Below, in pieces: positions 46,195 through 57,150 of a stretch of DNA of 64,000 nt. The stretch's first letter is position 1. Each line of letters begins with the position of its first letter. The position numbers were made by a program, and so were the translations under genes. This DNA is from Candidatus Saccharimonadota bacterium (GTDB lineage: Bacteria; Patescibacteriota; Saccharimonadia; Saccharimonadales; UBA10212). Below the pieces are notes generated by a model that saw only the letters and a list, made by a program, of their open reading frames with translations, did not search any database and was not told the DNA's origin. Where the stretch lies: NCBI GenBank assembly GCA_013815775.1, contig JACDFN010000001.1, positions 241,858-305,857 on the forward strand, read 5' to 3'.

Positions 46195-46294
46195 GTAAAG
46201 CTAGATTTCTAAGGTGTTACTTAGTATAATTATTTTGTTTTAAGGCATTGGCGCTGCTGGCTAGCGCTTCTTTTAATAATCTAGTTCACGATAC

Positions 46295-46371
<77 letters not shown>

Positions 46372-46416
46372 TAAACGGCCAAATAAACGGTTGTTTAAAA
46401 TTTTATAAGGAGCTAC

Positions 46417-47103
46417 ATGAGACTAAATGCATTTTTGGCTAGGGCAGGCATTACTTCACGCAGAAAAGCAGATGAACTCATTAAAGCTGGCAGAGTAACT
46501 GTGAACGGAAAGAACGGGCAACTTAATTCTAATGTTGACCAAAACGACCAAGTAGCCCTTGATGGCAAGGCGGTTGGGGCTCAAAAACTGCGATACATTT
46601 TGATAAACAAGCCGACAGGTACTGTCACGACCCTAAAAGACCCGCACGGCCGTAAAAAAATAATTGATCTTGTTAATATTTCTGAACGGGTAGTTCCAGT
46701 AGGCAGGCTGGACTGGGATACTACAGGTGCATTGCTGCTGACTAATGACGGGGAGCTAGCAAATCAACTTATGCATCCCTCTTTTAAAGTAAATAAAACT
46801 TACACGGCTACCGTTCAAGGAGAACTTACCGAAGATAAGTTGAACAAATTGCGCCGCGGGGTAATGTTGGATGATGGCCCCAGTGCACCAGCCCAAGTCC
46901 GTGCGCTTACCAGCAGCAAAATCGAGATAATAATTCACGAGGGTCGCAACCATTTGGTTAAACGGATGCTAGGGACGGTCGATTTAAAAGTAACCGCACT
47001 GCATAGGAGCATTTACGAAGAATTAGATTTAACTGAACTTAGACCTGGGCAATGGCGGGATTTGACAAAAAAAGAGATTTTGCAGCTTAGGATGGTAAAA
47101 TAG
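46417..47103 (+). CDS. S4-domain rRNA pseudouridine synthase (RsuA/RluB family)
   Basis: S4 domain, VGRLDWDTTGALLLTNDG, HEGRNH. Confidence 0.92.
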   Translation: MRLNAFLARAGITSRRKADELIKAGRVTVNGKNGQLNSNVDQNDQVALDGKAVGAQKLRYILINKPTGTVTTLKDPHGRKKIIDLVNISERVVPVGRLDWDTTGALLLTNDGELANQLMHPSFKVNKTYTATVQGELTEDKLNKLRRGVMLDDGPSAPAQVRALTSSKIEIIIHEGRNHLVKRMLGTVDLKVTALHRSIYEELDLTELRPGQWRDLTKKEILQLRMVK

Positions 47104-47108
47104 CCGAT

Positions 47109-48095
47109 ATGGCAGCGCCGAAGAAGAACCCGAAACGTACAGCTAGTAAAAAAACAAGAAGACCAGTTCGACCCGGTACTAAAGCACCGAGATCCGAGAA
47201 GGTTCAGGCCGCGTTTGTTAAAACCGCGCTCAACCGTACCGTGCTGGTAGTCCTTGCTGCAATAGTTACGGGATTATTGATTGTCGGCGGAATATTTTTA
47301 TGGTTTACGAGGGTGTATGCAGATCCGGAAAATGTATTCTGGGGAATGATCGACAATAACTTGGCCAGTATGAGCGTAACTAAAGAAGCCAGCCAAAAAG
47401 ACCAAGGTGGAAGCAGCGTGGAGTATACGCAGCTCAGCTGGAATCCAGAACCAAAAGTCCGCACTGTCCGACAGCTCTCATATGCTGAGGCTAACGGACC
47501 AGTCAAGCTGGTTCTGGAGGGCATTTTGACCCCCACTGACGAATATCAGCATTATGCCCGGATTGAACGTCCTGGTGACGGCGGTAAGGACTATAGCAAA
47601 ATTTATAGTCTCTGGCTGAAGAATGGGGGAACCGGAGCAAAAGGCGGAGCAGCCGGCTTCAATAACAACGTATATAGCGCAGTTTTATTTGGTAATTTTG
47701 AACGTCCGGATAGGACCAAAATAACGGCTGAGCTAAGGAAAGCATATAAAGTCGATATGACCAGGGTTGACAAGAAAGTTGATAATGGCCGCAGAGTCTA
47801 TATTTACCAGGCCTCCCTGAATCTCCAAAAGTATGCCAGTGCTGCTCGTTTATACGCTCAAAAAATGGGTCTACCTAATGCTGCTTTCATTAACCCAAAC
47901 AATTATAAATCCACAGATTTAGTTCCTCTCAAGCTGACTGTCGATGTATTATCCCGACAAATAAGAACCATAGAGTATCAAGACTCCCGCACCGAAACGT
48001 ATACGGGCTATGGAATACCGGCACAGATAAGTCTACCTCAAAAGACAGCTACCTCAGCCGAACTACAAAAAGCAATTGAAGCTGCTACTAAGTAG
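47109..48095 (+). CDS. single-TM hypothetical exported protein
   Basis: Basic N-terminus, one TM, soluble domain. Confidence 0.7.
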   Translation: MAAPKKNPKRTASKKTRRPVRPGTKAPRSEKVQAAFVKTALNRTVLVVLAAIVTGLLIVGGIFLWFTRVYADPENVFWGMIDNNLASMSVTKEASQKDQGGSSVEYTQLSWNPEPKVRTVRQLSYAEANGPVKLVLEGILTPTDEYQHYARIERPGDGGKDYSKIYSLWLKNGGTGAKGGAAGFNNNVYSAVLFGNFERPDRTKITAELRKAYKVDMTRVDKKVDNGRRVYIYQASLNLQKYASAARLYAQKMGLPNAAFINPNNYKSTDLVPLKLTVDVLSRQIRTIEYQDSRTETYTGYGIPAQISLPQKTATSAELQKAIEAATK

Positions 48096-48155
48096 CTTTT
48101 AAAGAGCAGCGTCTTGCTATACTAAGGGGTATATGAAAAAGGCCCTTCAGCGGCT

Positions 48156-49433
48156 ATGCAAAAATTAGCTAAAGGTATAATAGCCAGTGTCTTGGGGTGG
48201 CAGGTTAAACGCCTGTGCCAAAAAAATAAACTAAAAATTGTTGTCGTAGCTGGAAGCATAGGAAAAACAAGCACTAAACTCGCCATAGCTCAGGTACTGG
48301 GCCAAAAGCATAAAGTTCAATTTCAATCAGGCAACTATAACGACCCGGTGAGTGTGCCGCTAGTTTTTTTTAATCGTAGCTTGCCCAATATTTATAACCC
48401 GCTAGCCTGGCTCTTGATTATCTGGAAGAACGAACAAACAATTTATCAGCAATATCCATATGAGATTGTTGTTTTAGAACTTGGCACGGACGGCCCAGGC
48501 CAAATCGAAAAGTTTAGGCGCTATATTCAAGCGGATATTGCCGTTATTACGGCAATATCCGCTGAGCATATGGAATTTTTTGACGATATTGACGCAGTAG
48601 CAAAAGAGGAATTAGCAGTTCTACCCTTTAGCGATAAAGTATTTGTCAATAAAGACTTAATTCCGCAGGACTACCTGGGTGATTTACCGGTTGAAGCTAT
48701 AACATACGGGGTTAAGTCTCAAGCAGAAGTTCGTATGGTAAATGTTAAATTTGACGACCAGAGCGCTAGCTTTGACATCATCCACGGTTCGGAAACAATT
48801 GCCAAAGCTAAACATGAACAAATTACAGAGCCCCAACTTTATTCCATCTGTGCAGCTGCTGCGGTAGGTGAAAATCTGGGCTTAAGTTCAGAATTAATCG
48901 AGAGAGGTATTACAACTATAAAGCCTGTTGCTGGACGAATGCAGCACTTTCAAGGTGTAAACGGAACCTTAATAATAGACGATACCTACAATGCTAGCCC
49001 AGAAGCTATGCGCGGCGCCTTAGATACGCTTTACCGCCTGAAAGCTAGCCGAAAGATTGCCATTTTAGGCAATATGAACGAACTGGGAGGTTACTCACAA
49101 TCTGAACATCGAAAAATTGGAGAATACTGCGACCCCAGGGAACTATCATTAGTTGCCACTCTAGGACCCGACGCTAACAAATACTTAGCTCCCGCTGCCG
49201 AATTAAAGGGGTGCAGTGTAAAGCAGTTTAATACGCCTTACGAGCTGGGAAGTTATATCAAGTCTATAGTTTCTCCCGGAACGGTCATACTTGCAAAGGG
49301 TTCTCAAAATAAAGTGTTTGCAGAAGAAGCCGTAAAAATACTACTAAGTAACCCTGGCGACGTGTCTCAATTGGTTAGACAGAGCAAAGATTGGCTAAAA
49401 ATAAAACAAAAAAACTTTAAAGGGACCACTTGA
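48156..49433 (+). CDS. murF: Mur ligase, MurF-like
   Basis: AGSIGKTSTK, VLELG, IIDDTYNASP, ILGNMNELG, LAKGS. Confidence 0.85.
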   Translation: MQKLAKGIIASVLGWQVKRLCQKNKLKIVVVAGSIGKTSTKLAIAQVLGQKHKVQFQSGNYNDPVSVPLVFFNRSLPNIYNPLAWLLIIWKNEQTIYQQYPYEIVVLELGTDGPGQIEKFRRYIQADIAVITAISAEHMEFFDDIDAVAKEELAVLPFSDKVFVNKDLIPQDYLGDLPVEAITYGVKSQAEVRMVNVKFDDQSASFDIIHGSETIAKAKHEQITEPQLYSICAAAAVGENLGLSSELIERGITTIKPVAGRMQHFQGVNGTLIIDDTYNASPEAMRGALDTLYRLKASRKIAILGNMNELGGYSQSEHRKIGEYCDPRELSLVATLGPDANKYLAPAAELKGCSVKQFNTPYELGSYIKSIVSPGTVILAKGSQNKVFAEEAVKILLSNPGDVSQLVRQSKDWLKIKQKNFKGTT

Positions 49434-50341
49434 TGAAGGTAATTATACTGGGCGGAGGCAACTCTCCGGAGAGGGAGGTTTCTCTGCGATCAGCTAGCGC
49501 CGTTGCTGATGCTGCACGGAAAGCGGGTTTCGATGTACAGGAGGAAGACCCAGCTGACGGGCTAGGTTTTTTGGACGATCTGGGTAAATCTGACGTCGTA
49601 TTACCAATCCTACACGGCAAAGGTGGCGAAGATGGTTTAATCCAAAAAGAATTTGAAGATAGGAATTTGATTTTCTTGGGTTCAGGCAGTAGCTCATCGG
49701 CTCGTTGTTTCGATAAATGGCTAACCAGGCAGGACTTATTAAAATCCGAGCTTCCCATACCAGAGGGCGCCTTAGTTACTCATGAAACTTACCGTCAGCA
49801 TGAGTTTTCTCAAAAACCGCATGTTTTGAAAGTTGCCAGAGGGGGGTCAAGCATAGGAACTTTGATAGTGAGGGACAGTAGAAGGGTCACTGAGCTGGAA
49901 GTAGTCGAGATTTTTAAACTAGATAGACAGGCTGTTCTTGAGGAGTTAATTGTTGGCACCGAACTAACAGTACCGATATTAGATCAAAAGGCGCTGACCC
50001 CCATAGAGATTAAGCCTCCAGATGGACTGGAATTCAATTATGAAAACAAATATAACGGTGCTACAGCTGAACTTTGTCCACCAGCGTCTGTGTCCCAAGA
50101 AGTTCAGGACCGCGCTAAGCTCTTAGCAGAGCAAGTTCATCAGGTAATGAAATGTCGACACTTGTCTCGGATCGACATGATAGTAGATAAAGCGGGAGAT
50201 ATTAAGATCTTAGAAATCAATACAATGCCAGGACTAACCGGCCAAAGCTTGTACCCCAAATCAGCAGCCGTCGCCGGACTAGATATGAGCCAATTAGTTA
50301 CAAGATTTGTTGAGCTTGCCACCCGCGACGGCTCCGCCTAG
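49430..50341 (+). CDS. ddl: D-alanine--D-alanine ligase
   Basis: GGNSPEREVSL, LHGKGGEDG, GGSSIG, YENKY, LEINTMPG. Confidence 0.95.
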   Translation: MMKVIILGGGNSPEREVSLRSASAVADAARKAGFDVQEEDPADGLGFLDDLGKSDVVLPILHGKGGEDGLIQKEFEDRNLIFLGSGSSSSARCFDKWLTRQDLLKSELPIPEGALVTHETYRQHEFSQKPHVLKVARGGSSIGTLIVRDSRRVTELEVVEIFKLDRQAVLEELIVGTELTVPILDQKALTPIEIKPPDGLEFNYENKYNGATAELCPPASVSQEVQDRAKLLAEQVHQVMKCRHLSRIDMIVDKAGDIKILEINTMPGLTGQSLYPKSAAVAGLDMSQLVTRFVELATRDGSA

Positions 50342-50386
50342 ACTACCTTTCATCTTTTAATGGGAGTAAGTTAAACTAAAAACAGT

Positions 50387-52843
50387 ATGAGGCGTTACAA
50401 CCCCAAAGAAATTGAACCCAAATGGCAAAAAACATGGCAAGAAAACCAGATTTACCAGGCCACCGAGAGTGATGGTAAGCCGAAGCATTATGTCTTGGAA
50501 TATTTTCCTTATCCTAGTGGATCGGCAATGCATGTTGGGCATGTCCGTAACTATACTATCGGAGATGTAGTTTCCCGAACCAAGCGCATGCAAGGCTTTA
50601 GTGTGCTGCACCCAATGGGCTGGGATGCTTTCGGTCTGCCGGCTGAAAACTACGCAATTAAAACCAATATCAGTCCCCAAGAAGCAGTGGCTAAAAACGT
50701 TGCTAATTTTAAAAAACAGCTAATCCAAATGGGCTTTAGCTATGACTGGAGCCGCGAACTTAATAGCACGGACCCAGAGTATTACAAATGGACCCAATGG
50801 TTCTTCTTACTCTTGTTTAAGAAAGGCTTGGCTTATCAAAAAGAGAGTCTGCAATGGTGGTGCCCGCACGACAAAACCGTACTGGCCAATGAGCAAGTTG
50901 AGAATGGGCGCTGCTGGCGCTGTGGTCATTTGGTAGAAAAAAAAGCTTTGAAGCAATGGTTTTTTAGAATAACTGACTACGCCGATCGACTAGCTAAAGA
51001 CTTGGATAAAGTTGATTGGTCAGAGGGTATAAAAGCCATGCAACGCAACTGGATAGGTAGGAGCGAAGGAGCACAAATAAGCTTTCAAGTTGAAAACAGC
51101 AGCGAGCAGTTAAAAGTTTTTACTACTCGTCCCGACACCATATACGGAGCAACATTTTTAGTTCTGGCACCCGAGCATAAATTAGTTAACAAGTTAAGTA
51201 ATTCTGGCAGACGCTCCGAAATAGAAAAATACACAGCCGAGGCGGAGCGTAAAAACGATATAGACCGCATGGAAACAGAACGCGAAAAAACTGGTGTCTT
51301 TACCGGCTCGTACGGCGTCAACCCGGCAAATGGTCAGAAAATTCCAATCTGGGTAGCCGACTATGTGCTGCCAGGGTATGGAACTGGCGCAATTATGGCT
51401 GTTCCCGCTCACGATGAGCGGGACTGGCAGTTTGCTAAGAAATTTGACTTACCAATTATTCACGCTTACAGCCAGGAGGGTAAGAAAGAAGACCAATCCT
51501 ACTGGGGTGAAGGGGTTATCAAGAATTCCGATAAATACGACGGAATTACTACCCAGGAAGCTAGAAAACAAATTACCTTAGACCTGACGAGTAAAAAAAT
51601 GGCTGAAAACGTAACGAATTATAAAATTAGGGACTGGTTGATTAGCCGACAGCGTTATTGGGGTGCGCCGATTCCGATTATCCATTGTCCTAAGCACGGC
51701 GCTGTACCGGTTCCAGAAGATCAACTACCGGTGATATTACCCGAAATGGACAGCTACGAACCAAGTGGCGATGGCCGCAGCCCTTTGGCACGCGTGCCGG
51801 AATTCGTTAATACTAAATGTCCTGTTTGCGGCGAACCGGCGCAGCGCGAAACTGACACCATGGACGGCTTTGCGTGCTCAAGCTGGTACTTTCTACGTTT
51901 TGCTGATCCCCATAATAGCGTTGAACCCTTTTCTAAAGAGAAGGCTAAGTTTTGGCTACCAGTGGATGATTACATAGGCGGCGCCGAGCATGCCGTAATG
52001 CATCTACTATACGCGCGCTTCTGGACCAAGGTTATGTATGACGAAGGTCTAATAAGTTTTGATGAACCGTTTTCTACACTTCGAAACCACGGTATGATTT
52101 TAGCCCCTGACGGCAATAAGATGAGTAAAAGCAAGAACAATACAATAGAGCCAGACGAAATCATTAATCAGGGTTACGGTGCGGATTCTATAAGGTTGAT
52201 GGAGTTGTTCATCGGGCCGTGGAATCAATCGGCAAACTGGAGTGTTGAGGGTTTGGCTGGCATGTACCGCTTTTTGCAGCGAGTATGGGTGATAGTATTT
52301 GAGTTTACTGAAGCTGGTGAATCAAAGACAGAAAGAAACATTGAATTAGAGCTAGGTATAAACAGGTCGGTCCACAAGGCCATTAAAAAAGTTAACTCAG
52401 ACATAAAGGACTTGGGGTTCAACACAGCACTATCCGCACTGATGGAATGCGTTAACCAGCTTTATAAGATGAAGAGTCCAGAAAATTTCACACAAGCCCA
52501 CGATAGCTGGAAGACCGCATTAGAGAATGTCCTGATTCTTCTGGCGCCGTTTGCACCCCATATCACTGAAGAATTATGGAAAGAGCTGGGTCACAATAAT
52601 TCCATACATCTAAGCGCTTGGCCGAGTTGGGATGAACATCTAGTTGCAGAAAACTTAATAAATCTGGCTATCCAGATTAACGGAAAAGTAAAAGCCGCTA
52701 TTTTAGTTGCAGCAAACGCAACCGAAGAAGAAGTCGTAAGATTGGCACGAAATGAAAAAAGTGTCTCCAAGCATCTTGAGGGTAAAACTATTAAAAAGAC
52801 AGTTTATATTCCTGGACGGATAGTCAGTTTAGTCGTGACTTAA
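50387..52843 (+). CDS. leuS: leucine--tRNA ligase
   Basis: FPYPSG, HVGH, FTTRPDT, KMSKS. Confidence 0.97.
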   Translation: MRRYNPKEIEPKWQKTWQENQIYQATESDGKPKHYVLEYFPYPSGSAMHVGHVRNYTIGDVVSRTKRMQGFSVLHPMGWDAFGLPAENYAIKTNISPQEAVAKNVANFKKQLIQMGFSYDWSRELNSTDPEYYKWTQWFFLLLFKKGLAYQKESLQWWCPHDKTVLANEQVENGRCWRCGHLVEKKALKQWFFRITDYADRLAKDLDKVDWSEGIKAMQRNWIGRSEGAQISFQVENSSEQLKVFTTRPDTIYGATFLVLAPEHKLVNKLSNSGRRSEIEKYTAEAERKNDIDRMETEREKTGVFTGSYGVNPANGQKIPIWVADYVLPGYGTGAIMAVPAHDERDWQFAKKFDLPIIHAYSQEGKKEDQSYWGEGVIKNSDKYDGITTQEARKQITLDLTSKKMAENVTNYKIRDWLISRQRYWGAPIPIIHCPKHGAVPVPEDQLPVILPEMDSYEPSGDGRSPLARVPEFVNTKCPVCGEPAQRETDTMDGFACSSWYFLRFADPHNSVEPFSKEKAKFWLPVDDYIGGAEHAVMHLLYARFWTKVMYDEGLISFDEPFSTLRNHGMILAPDGNKMSKSKNNTIEPDEIINQGYGADSIRLMELFIGPWNQSANWSVEGLAGMYRFLQRVWVIVFEFTEAGESKTERNIELELGINRSVHKAIKKVNSDIKDLGFNTALSALMECVNQLYKMKSPENFTQAHDSWKTALENVLILLAPFAPHITEELWKELGHNNSIHLSAWPSWDEHLVAENLINLAIQINGKVKAAILVAANATEEEVVRLARNEKSVSKHLEGKTIKKTVYIPGRIVSLVVT

Positions 52844-52922
52844 GCTTGATATTTAGCCATTAACAGGTATAATAACCCCTAAGCCTTTTAGTATTAAGTA
52901 TAGGTCCAGGAAGGATTTACTA

Positions 52923-53078
52923 GTGGGAAAACCCAAAAAGAGAACGAGTGCCCGGCGCACGGGCATGCGTAGAAGCCACATAGTGCTCAAGTTGGCCCGA
53001 CGGGTGAATGCCACTAGCCCAGTAGTAGTACGGATAGGCAGGAGACATCAGTTAAAGGCTGAAGTCCCTAAGGAATAA
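52923..53078 (+). CDS. rpmF: 50S ribosomal protein L32 (cysteine-free; not in ORF track)
   Basis: GTG start; MGKPKKRTSARRTGMRRSH N-terminus; located before nusB-rnc. Confidence 0.8.
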   Translation: MGKPKKRTSARRTGMRRSHIVLKLARRVNATSPVVVRIGRRHQLKAEVPKE

Positions 53079-53157
53079 ATAATACTGCCCTAAACCAGTC
53101 GCCAAACCGTGGGGTATACTGGTAGGTAAGCACCTTTAAGAAGAAGGATTTGGAAAT

Positions 53158-53640
53158 ATGGCATCCAATCGTCACCTTGGCCGCATAGTTGCTCTGCAAA
53201 CTCTTTATGAGCAGGATTTTCGTCGTGGGTGCGATGACCAAAATTTTGCCCTTGAAGAGATACTCGTTCGAAATATTGATCGCTATAGAGAAACTATCGA
53301 CGACAAGGAATTCATCGAGCAACTGGTTGCTGGTGTTGACCAGAAGCAGGTCGAACTAGACGAAATTATTCGCCCAGTAGCACCTGAATGGCCCATAGAA
53401 CAAATAGCTCGAATAGACAAGGTGGTACTGCGTATAGGGGTTTATGAGCTGCTGTTTGAAAAAGGCGTACCGCCAAAGGTGGTAATCAACGAAGCTGTGG
53501 AGCTCGCTAAAGCCTTTGGAGGAGATAACTCCTCCAAATTCATTAACGGTGTACTAGGAACGGTCCTTAGAAATCACGAAAATAAAAAAGTTTCTTCCAC
53601 TGCACCAAAAAAAGTAAGCAAACCTAAGAAAGAGGAGTAA
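53158..53640 (+). CDS. nusB: transcription antitermination factor NusB
   Basis: [31 protein letters not shown]. Confidence 0.95.
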   Translation: MASNRHLGRIVALQTLYEQDFRRGCDDQNFALEEILVRNIDRYRETIDDKEFIEQLVAGVDQKQVELDEIIRPVAPEWPIEQIARIDKVVLRIGVYELLFEKGVPPKVVINEAVELAKAFGGDNSSKFINGVLGTVLRNHENKKVSSTAPKKVSKPKKEE

Positions 53641-53650
53641 ACTTTCTGTC

Positions 53651-54154
53651 GTGAAAAGGCCTAAGCCAATTGTTGGCTTTCGAAAATTGGTTCAAAAGCA
53701 CAGACCAGCAATTTCTGAGGTGGTCCGAGAACCCACCGCCGGCGGTGTAATTTATAGGCATTCTCGGATAAACCCGGGAGTTGTAGAAATTTTATTGATT
53801 CAAGATTCTAAGGGTAGGTGGACAATCCCTAAGGGTCATATTGAAGAAGGTGAAAACGCACGGCAAACCGCCGAGAGAGAGATTCGCGAAGAAACTGGGC
53901 TACAAAAAATGAAAGTCAGCGATTGGCTGGGTAAAATAAATTTCCGCTACCGCCGGGGGAGTAGCTTGGTGCTAATGACTACCGAAATTTTTTTAGTTGA
54001 AGCACTGGGCGACACCAATAAAATAAAACCAGAAAAATGGATGACCAGTCTAGCTTGGCTGCCCGCTCCGCAGGCTCTGGACAAGATCGAATATGAAGAT
54101 ATTGGCAAGCTAATTCTTCTGGGGTTGAAAAAGATTAGAAAAGCGGCATTATAA
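53651..54154 (+). CDS. NUDIX hydrolase
   Basis: GHIEEGENARQTAEREIREETG Nudix box. Confidence 0.9.
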   Translation: MKRPKPIVGFRKLVQKHRPAISEVVREPTAGGVIYRHSRINPGVVEILLIQDSKGRWTIPKGHIEEGENARQTAEREIREETGLQKMKVSDWLGKINFRYRRGSSLVLMTTEIFLVEALGDTNKIKPEKWMTSLAWLPAPQALDKIEYEDIGKLILLGLKKIRKAAL

Positions 54155-54174
54155 TAAAGAACGTTTAAAAACCT

Positions 54175-54873
54175 ATGGACATTATAAAATACCAAGACTT
54201 TGCTAAAACTCAATTTGATGGCTTTGAAAACATAGAACTATTGATCACCTCCTTTACCCATCGTTCATACATAAACGAGCACAAGAAAACAGCCTCTGGG
54301 CATAATGAGAGACTTGAATTTTTGGGAGACGCAGTGCTTGAACTTATTGTTACAGAATATTTGTACAATAATTATCCAGAACCAGAGGGCATTCTCACCA
54401 ACTGGCGCAGCGCACTGGTACGCACCGAAAGCATCAGTGCTGCTGCGGCGAGAGAAGGGTTTGAACCGCTGTTAAGATTATCTAGAGGCGAAAAGCGCGG
54501 AAGTCAGCGTGCACGCGAGCAAATTCTTGCCAACACATACGAAGCAGTGGTAGGGGCTCTCTATCTCGAAAAAGGTTACGATGCTACTAAGGCATTTATT
54601 GAAAAAAGCCTGTTATCTACCCTAGATGAAATTCTAACCAGTGGTTCATGGCTGGACCCTAAATCTCGTTTGCAGGAAATGGTTCAAAGTAAAGAAGGTT
54701 TTACTCCTATTTACAAACTTATAACCGAAGAGGGCCCTGACCATGATAAGACATTTGTCATTGGAGCATATGTCGACAATGACCTCAAGGGTCAAGGTAC
54801 GGGGCCTAGCAAGCAAGCCGCTCAGGTGGCCGCGGCCACTGCAGCTTTAAAGCGCTACATTAAGGAGAATTGA
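54175..54873 (+). CDS. rnc: ribonuclease III
   Basis: NERLEFLGDAVL and a dsRBD. Confidence 0.96.
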   Translation: MDIIKYQDFAKTQFDGFENIELLITSFTHRSYINEHKKTASGHNERLEFLGDAVLELIVTEYLYNNYPEPEGILTNWRSALVRTESISAAAAREGFEPLLRLSRGEKRGSQRAREQILANTYEAVVGALYLEKGYDATKAFIEKSLLSTLDEILTSGSWLDPKSRLQEMVQSKEGFTPIYKLITEEGPDHDKTFVIGAYVDNDLKGQGTGPSKQAAQVAAATAALKRYIKEN

Positions 54874-54959
54874 CAGAGGTGAACACTTTAGGTACAATAA
54901 GCAATCGAAATCTTAATCGCCAAGCGCGTAGTCAAAACTCCAGGGAGACGGTTTAATAA

Positions 54960-55436
54960 ATGTTAGCTATTCGTATGCAGCGCAAAGGCCGAAGCGGCCA
55001 TGCCCAGTTTCGACTGGTGGTTCAAGATAGCCGATTTACCCCTACCAGCGGTAGGGTAGTGGCTTACCTGGGTAGCTATGATCCTCACACTAAAGTAGCC
55101 GCACTAGACAAAGACAAAGCCACGCAATATTTAAAAAATGGTGCGCAACCTTCTGACCGGGCAGCTCGAATAATGAAAAAAGAGGGCGTTAAAATACCGG
55201 ATTGGGTGAAGCTATCAAGTCCCGGCAAGCGAGCTACTCGTCATCCGGAAAAATTGCGTCGCAATCGTCCAGCGGAAGCAGAGGTCCCAGAGCCAGTCAA
55301 AGAAGAAGCAGCCGCACAGCAGACCGAAGCAATAGAAAATCAAGTCCAAGAGTCAAAAGAGTTGGAAGCAACCGATAAGCAATCTGTAGAAACAGAAGAG
55401 GTTGCAAGCAAGTCAGCTGAAAAAACGAGCACATAA
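54960..55436 (+). CDS. rpsP: 30S ribosomal protein S16 with long C-terminal extension
   Basis: MLAIRMQRKG, LGSYDP, GAQPS. Confidence 0.93.
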   Translation: MLAIRMQRKGRSGHAQFRLVVQDSRFTPTSGRVVAYLGSYDPHTKVAALDKDKATQYLKNGAQPSDRAARIMKKEGVKIPDWVKLSSPGKRATRHPEKLRRNRPAEAEVPEPVKEEAAAQQTEAIENQVQESKELEATDKQSVETEEVASKSAEKTST

Positions 55437-55545
55437 GAAAAACTACCGGCATCGCAAGAGGAGTCAAAGGCCTAAAAACCTAAAATCTTACTCGTCAGCC
55501 CTGATATAATATTAAGTATTCTGCCGTAACTAAAGGAGAGACTAA

Positions 55546-56082
55546 ATGAACAGCATCGACCAGCAATTCATAGAATACATTATCAAATCGCTAGTAAGTA
55601 ACCCGGACGCGGTAAAAGTAGAGCGCCGGATTGATGAAAAAGGAGTTTTATTGGAGCTCACCGTTGACCCCGAAGACCTAGGACGGGTAATCGGAAAGCG
55701 GGGGGCCACCGCTCAAAGCCTTCGTACATTACTACGTGCCCTGGGTACTAAGAATGATGCCCGCTATAATCTTAAGATAGTAGACACAGGCTATCCTTCT
55801 CGTGATAACGAAGGTGGTGGTTCTGATGATGTTGCGTCAACTGGACATAGTTCGGCCACAGCAGCTGATGATACTCAGGCCCCGACTCAAGATGATGATA
55901 CCTCAACCCCACTCGGCGGTACCGACGAGAGCACTTCCGTTTCTACGACCAGAGATGACCTTGATGAGTTACGAGACGAGGATGATGTTGCTCTGCCGCA
56001 GTCGTCAGAAAGCAGTAGGCATTCTGATGTACTCAGCCAAACTCGAAAAGAACTTGCCGAACTCGATGATTTAGACGTCTAG
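55546..56082 (+). CDS. khpA: KH domain RNA-binding protein KhpA with acidic tail
   Basis: DLGRVIGKRGATAQSLRTL; position after rpsP. Confidence 0.88.
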   Translation: MNSIDQQFIEYIIKSLVSNPDAVKVERRIDEKGVLLELTVDPEDLGRVIGKRGATAQSLRTLLRALGTKNDARYNLKIVDTGYPSRDNEGGGSDDVASTGHSSATAADDTQAPTQDDDTSTPLGGTDESTSVSTTRDDLDELRDEDDVALPQSSESSRHSDVLSQTRKELAELDDLDV

Positions 56083-56172
56083 TGACATCTGTTGCGCCGA
56101 TGCCCGGATCCGCCAGAATTGACTTATAAGCCTCTTATGGTAATCTGAGGGCAAGAAGTTAAGCATATAAAT

Positions 56173-56949
56173 ATGTCAGAAGAGCCGCCACAAATTCCAC
56201 CCGCTGAGGAGTTATCAGAAGATAACACTACGTCTTTACAGTATGCCGGTGAGGATGAGGTAGTTTCGCCTGAAGGCGCTGCTGACCCCCAAGCTCGTAA
56301 TGAAGGCCATTCGGTCAAAACTTCTGAAGACACCCGCATCCAAGATCCCGAAGAAGCGCATGTAAAGGCACTCGCTGGCAATGAGGAACGTTCAAACGCG
56401 GCTGGTCATAGAGGAGCAGCTGAAATGGTTGGAGGAAACTCTCCTGCCGCAGAAAGAGTTAGTGAAATTGCCGTGAACGCTGCTATAGAAGCAGATTCAA
56501 CAGCGACTAAACTTGAAGAAGAAGTCGGCAAACAATACGAGGAGCAGAAAAGTACTTCACAAGAATTATCTGCAACCACTCAAGAAACACAAACTATTTC
56601 AGGATCTGGAGAGAATACTGCCAGTATAGAGTTAGTACCTAACGAAGAGCTGTCACACGAAGACCAGGCAAGAATATTAGAGCACATGGCTTCGCTTCTA
56701 AGAAAACATTCTATAAGCCCAGCATATCGTGAAGCACATTTATCTATGGGAGGCGATATATCCACGGCGGAAGGACTGGTTACATTAGGCCTCAAAGCTC
56801 ATAGACAGGCGCAGGGGTTTGATGAATTAAAATATAAAGACCCAGTGCAAGCACTTGCTAAATTGGAAGAAGCTAAATCCTTCGTACAAGTACTAGCTGA
56901 TATTGAAAGCGGCGTAGCCAGCAATGACGATTACCAAAAGACTGAGTGA
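56173..56949 (+). CDS. acidic hypothetical protein
   Basis: Long E/S/A-rich ORF without a recognisable family. Confidence 0.65.
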   Translation: MSEEPPQIPPAEELSEDNTTSLQYAGEDEVVSPEGAADPQARNEGHSVKTSEDTRIQDPEEAHVKALAGNEERSNAAGHRGAAEMVGGNSPAAERVSEIAVNAAIEADSTATKLEEEVGKQYEEQKSTSQELSATTQETQTISGSGENTASIELVPNEELSHEDQARILEHMASLLRKHSISPAYREAHLSMGGDISTAEGLVTLGLKAHRQAQGFDELKYKDPVQALAKLEEAKSFVQVLADIESGVASNDDYQKTE

Positions 56950-56979
56950 TATACTCGACTAGTCAAGTAATTATTAAAG

Positions 56980-57150
56980 TTCGGGCATAAGACGACGACC
57001 TGATAGCGAGCGTCAAAAGCACAGCATCTAAGCCGCGGACCTGTCGAGCAGCTCTTATAGAATCAACAAGAGCGAGACCGACCAAAGGGAGTTCCGCAGG
57101 CTGTTGTGCTTTTCGACAGGGGAGTGAATCAAGTTGGTGTCGCGCCCGAG
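56980..57150. ncRNA. candidate ~170-nt rod-like hairpin RNA or palindromic element
   Basis: Six nested stems, e.g. TCGGGC/GCCCGA, AAAAGCACAGCA/TGTTGTGCTTTT, GCTCTT/AAGAGC. Confidence 0.5.
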
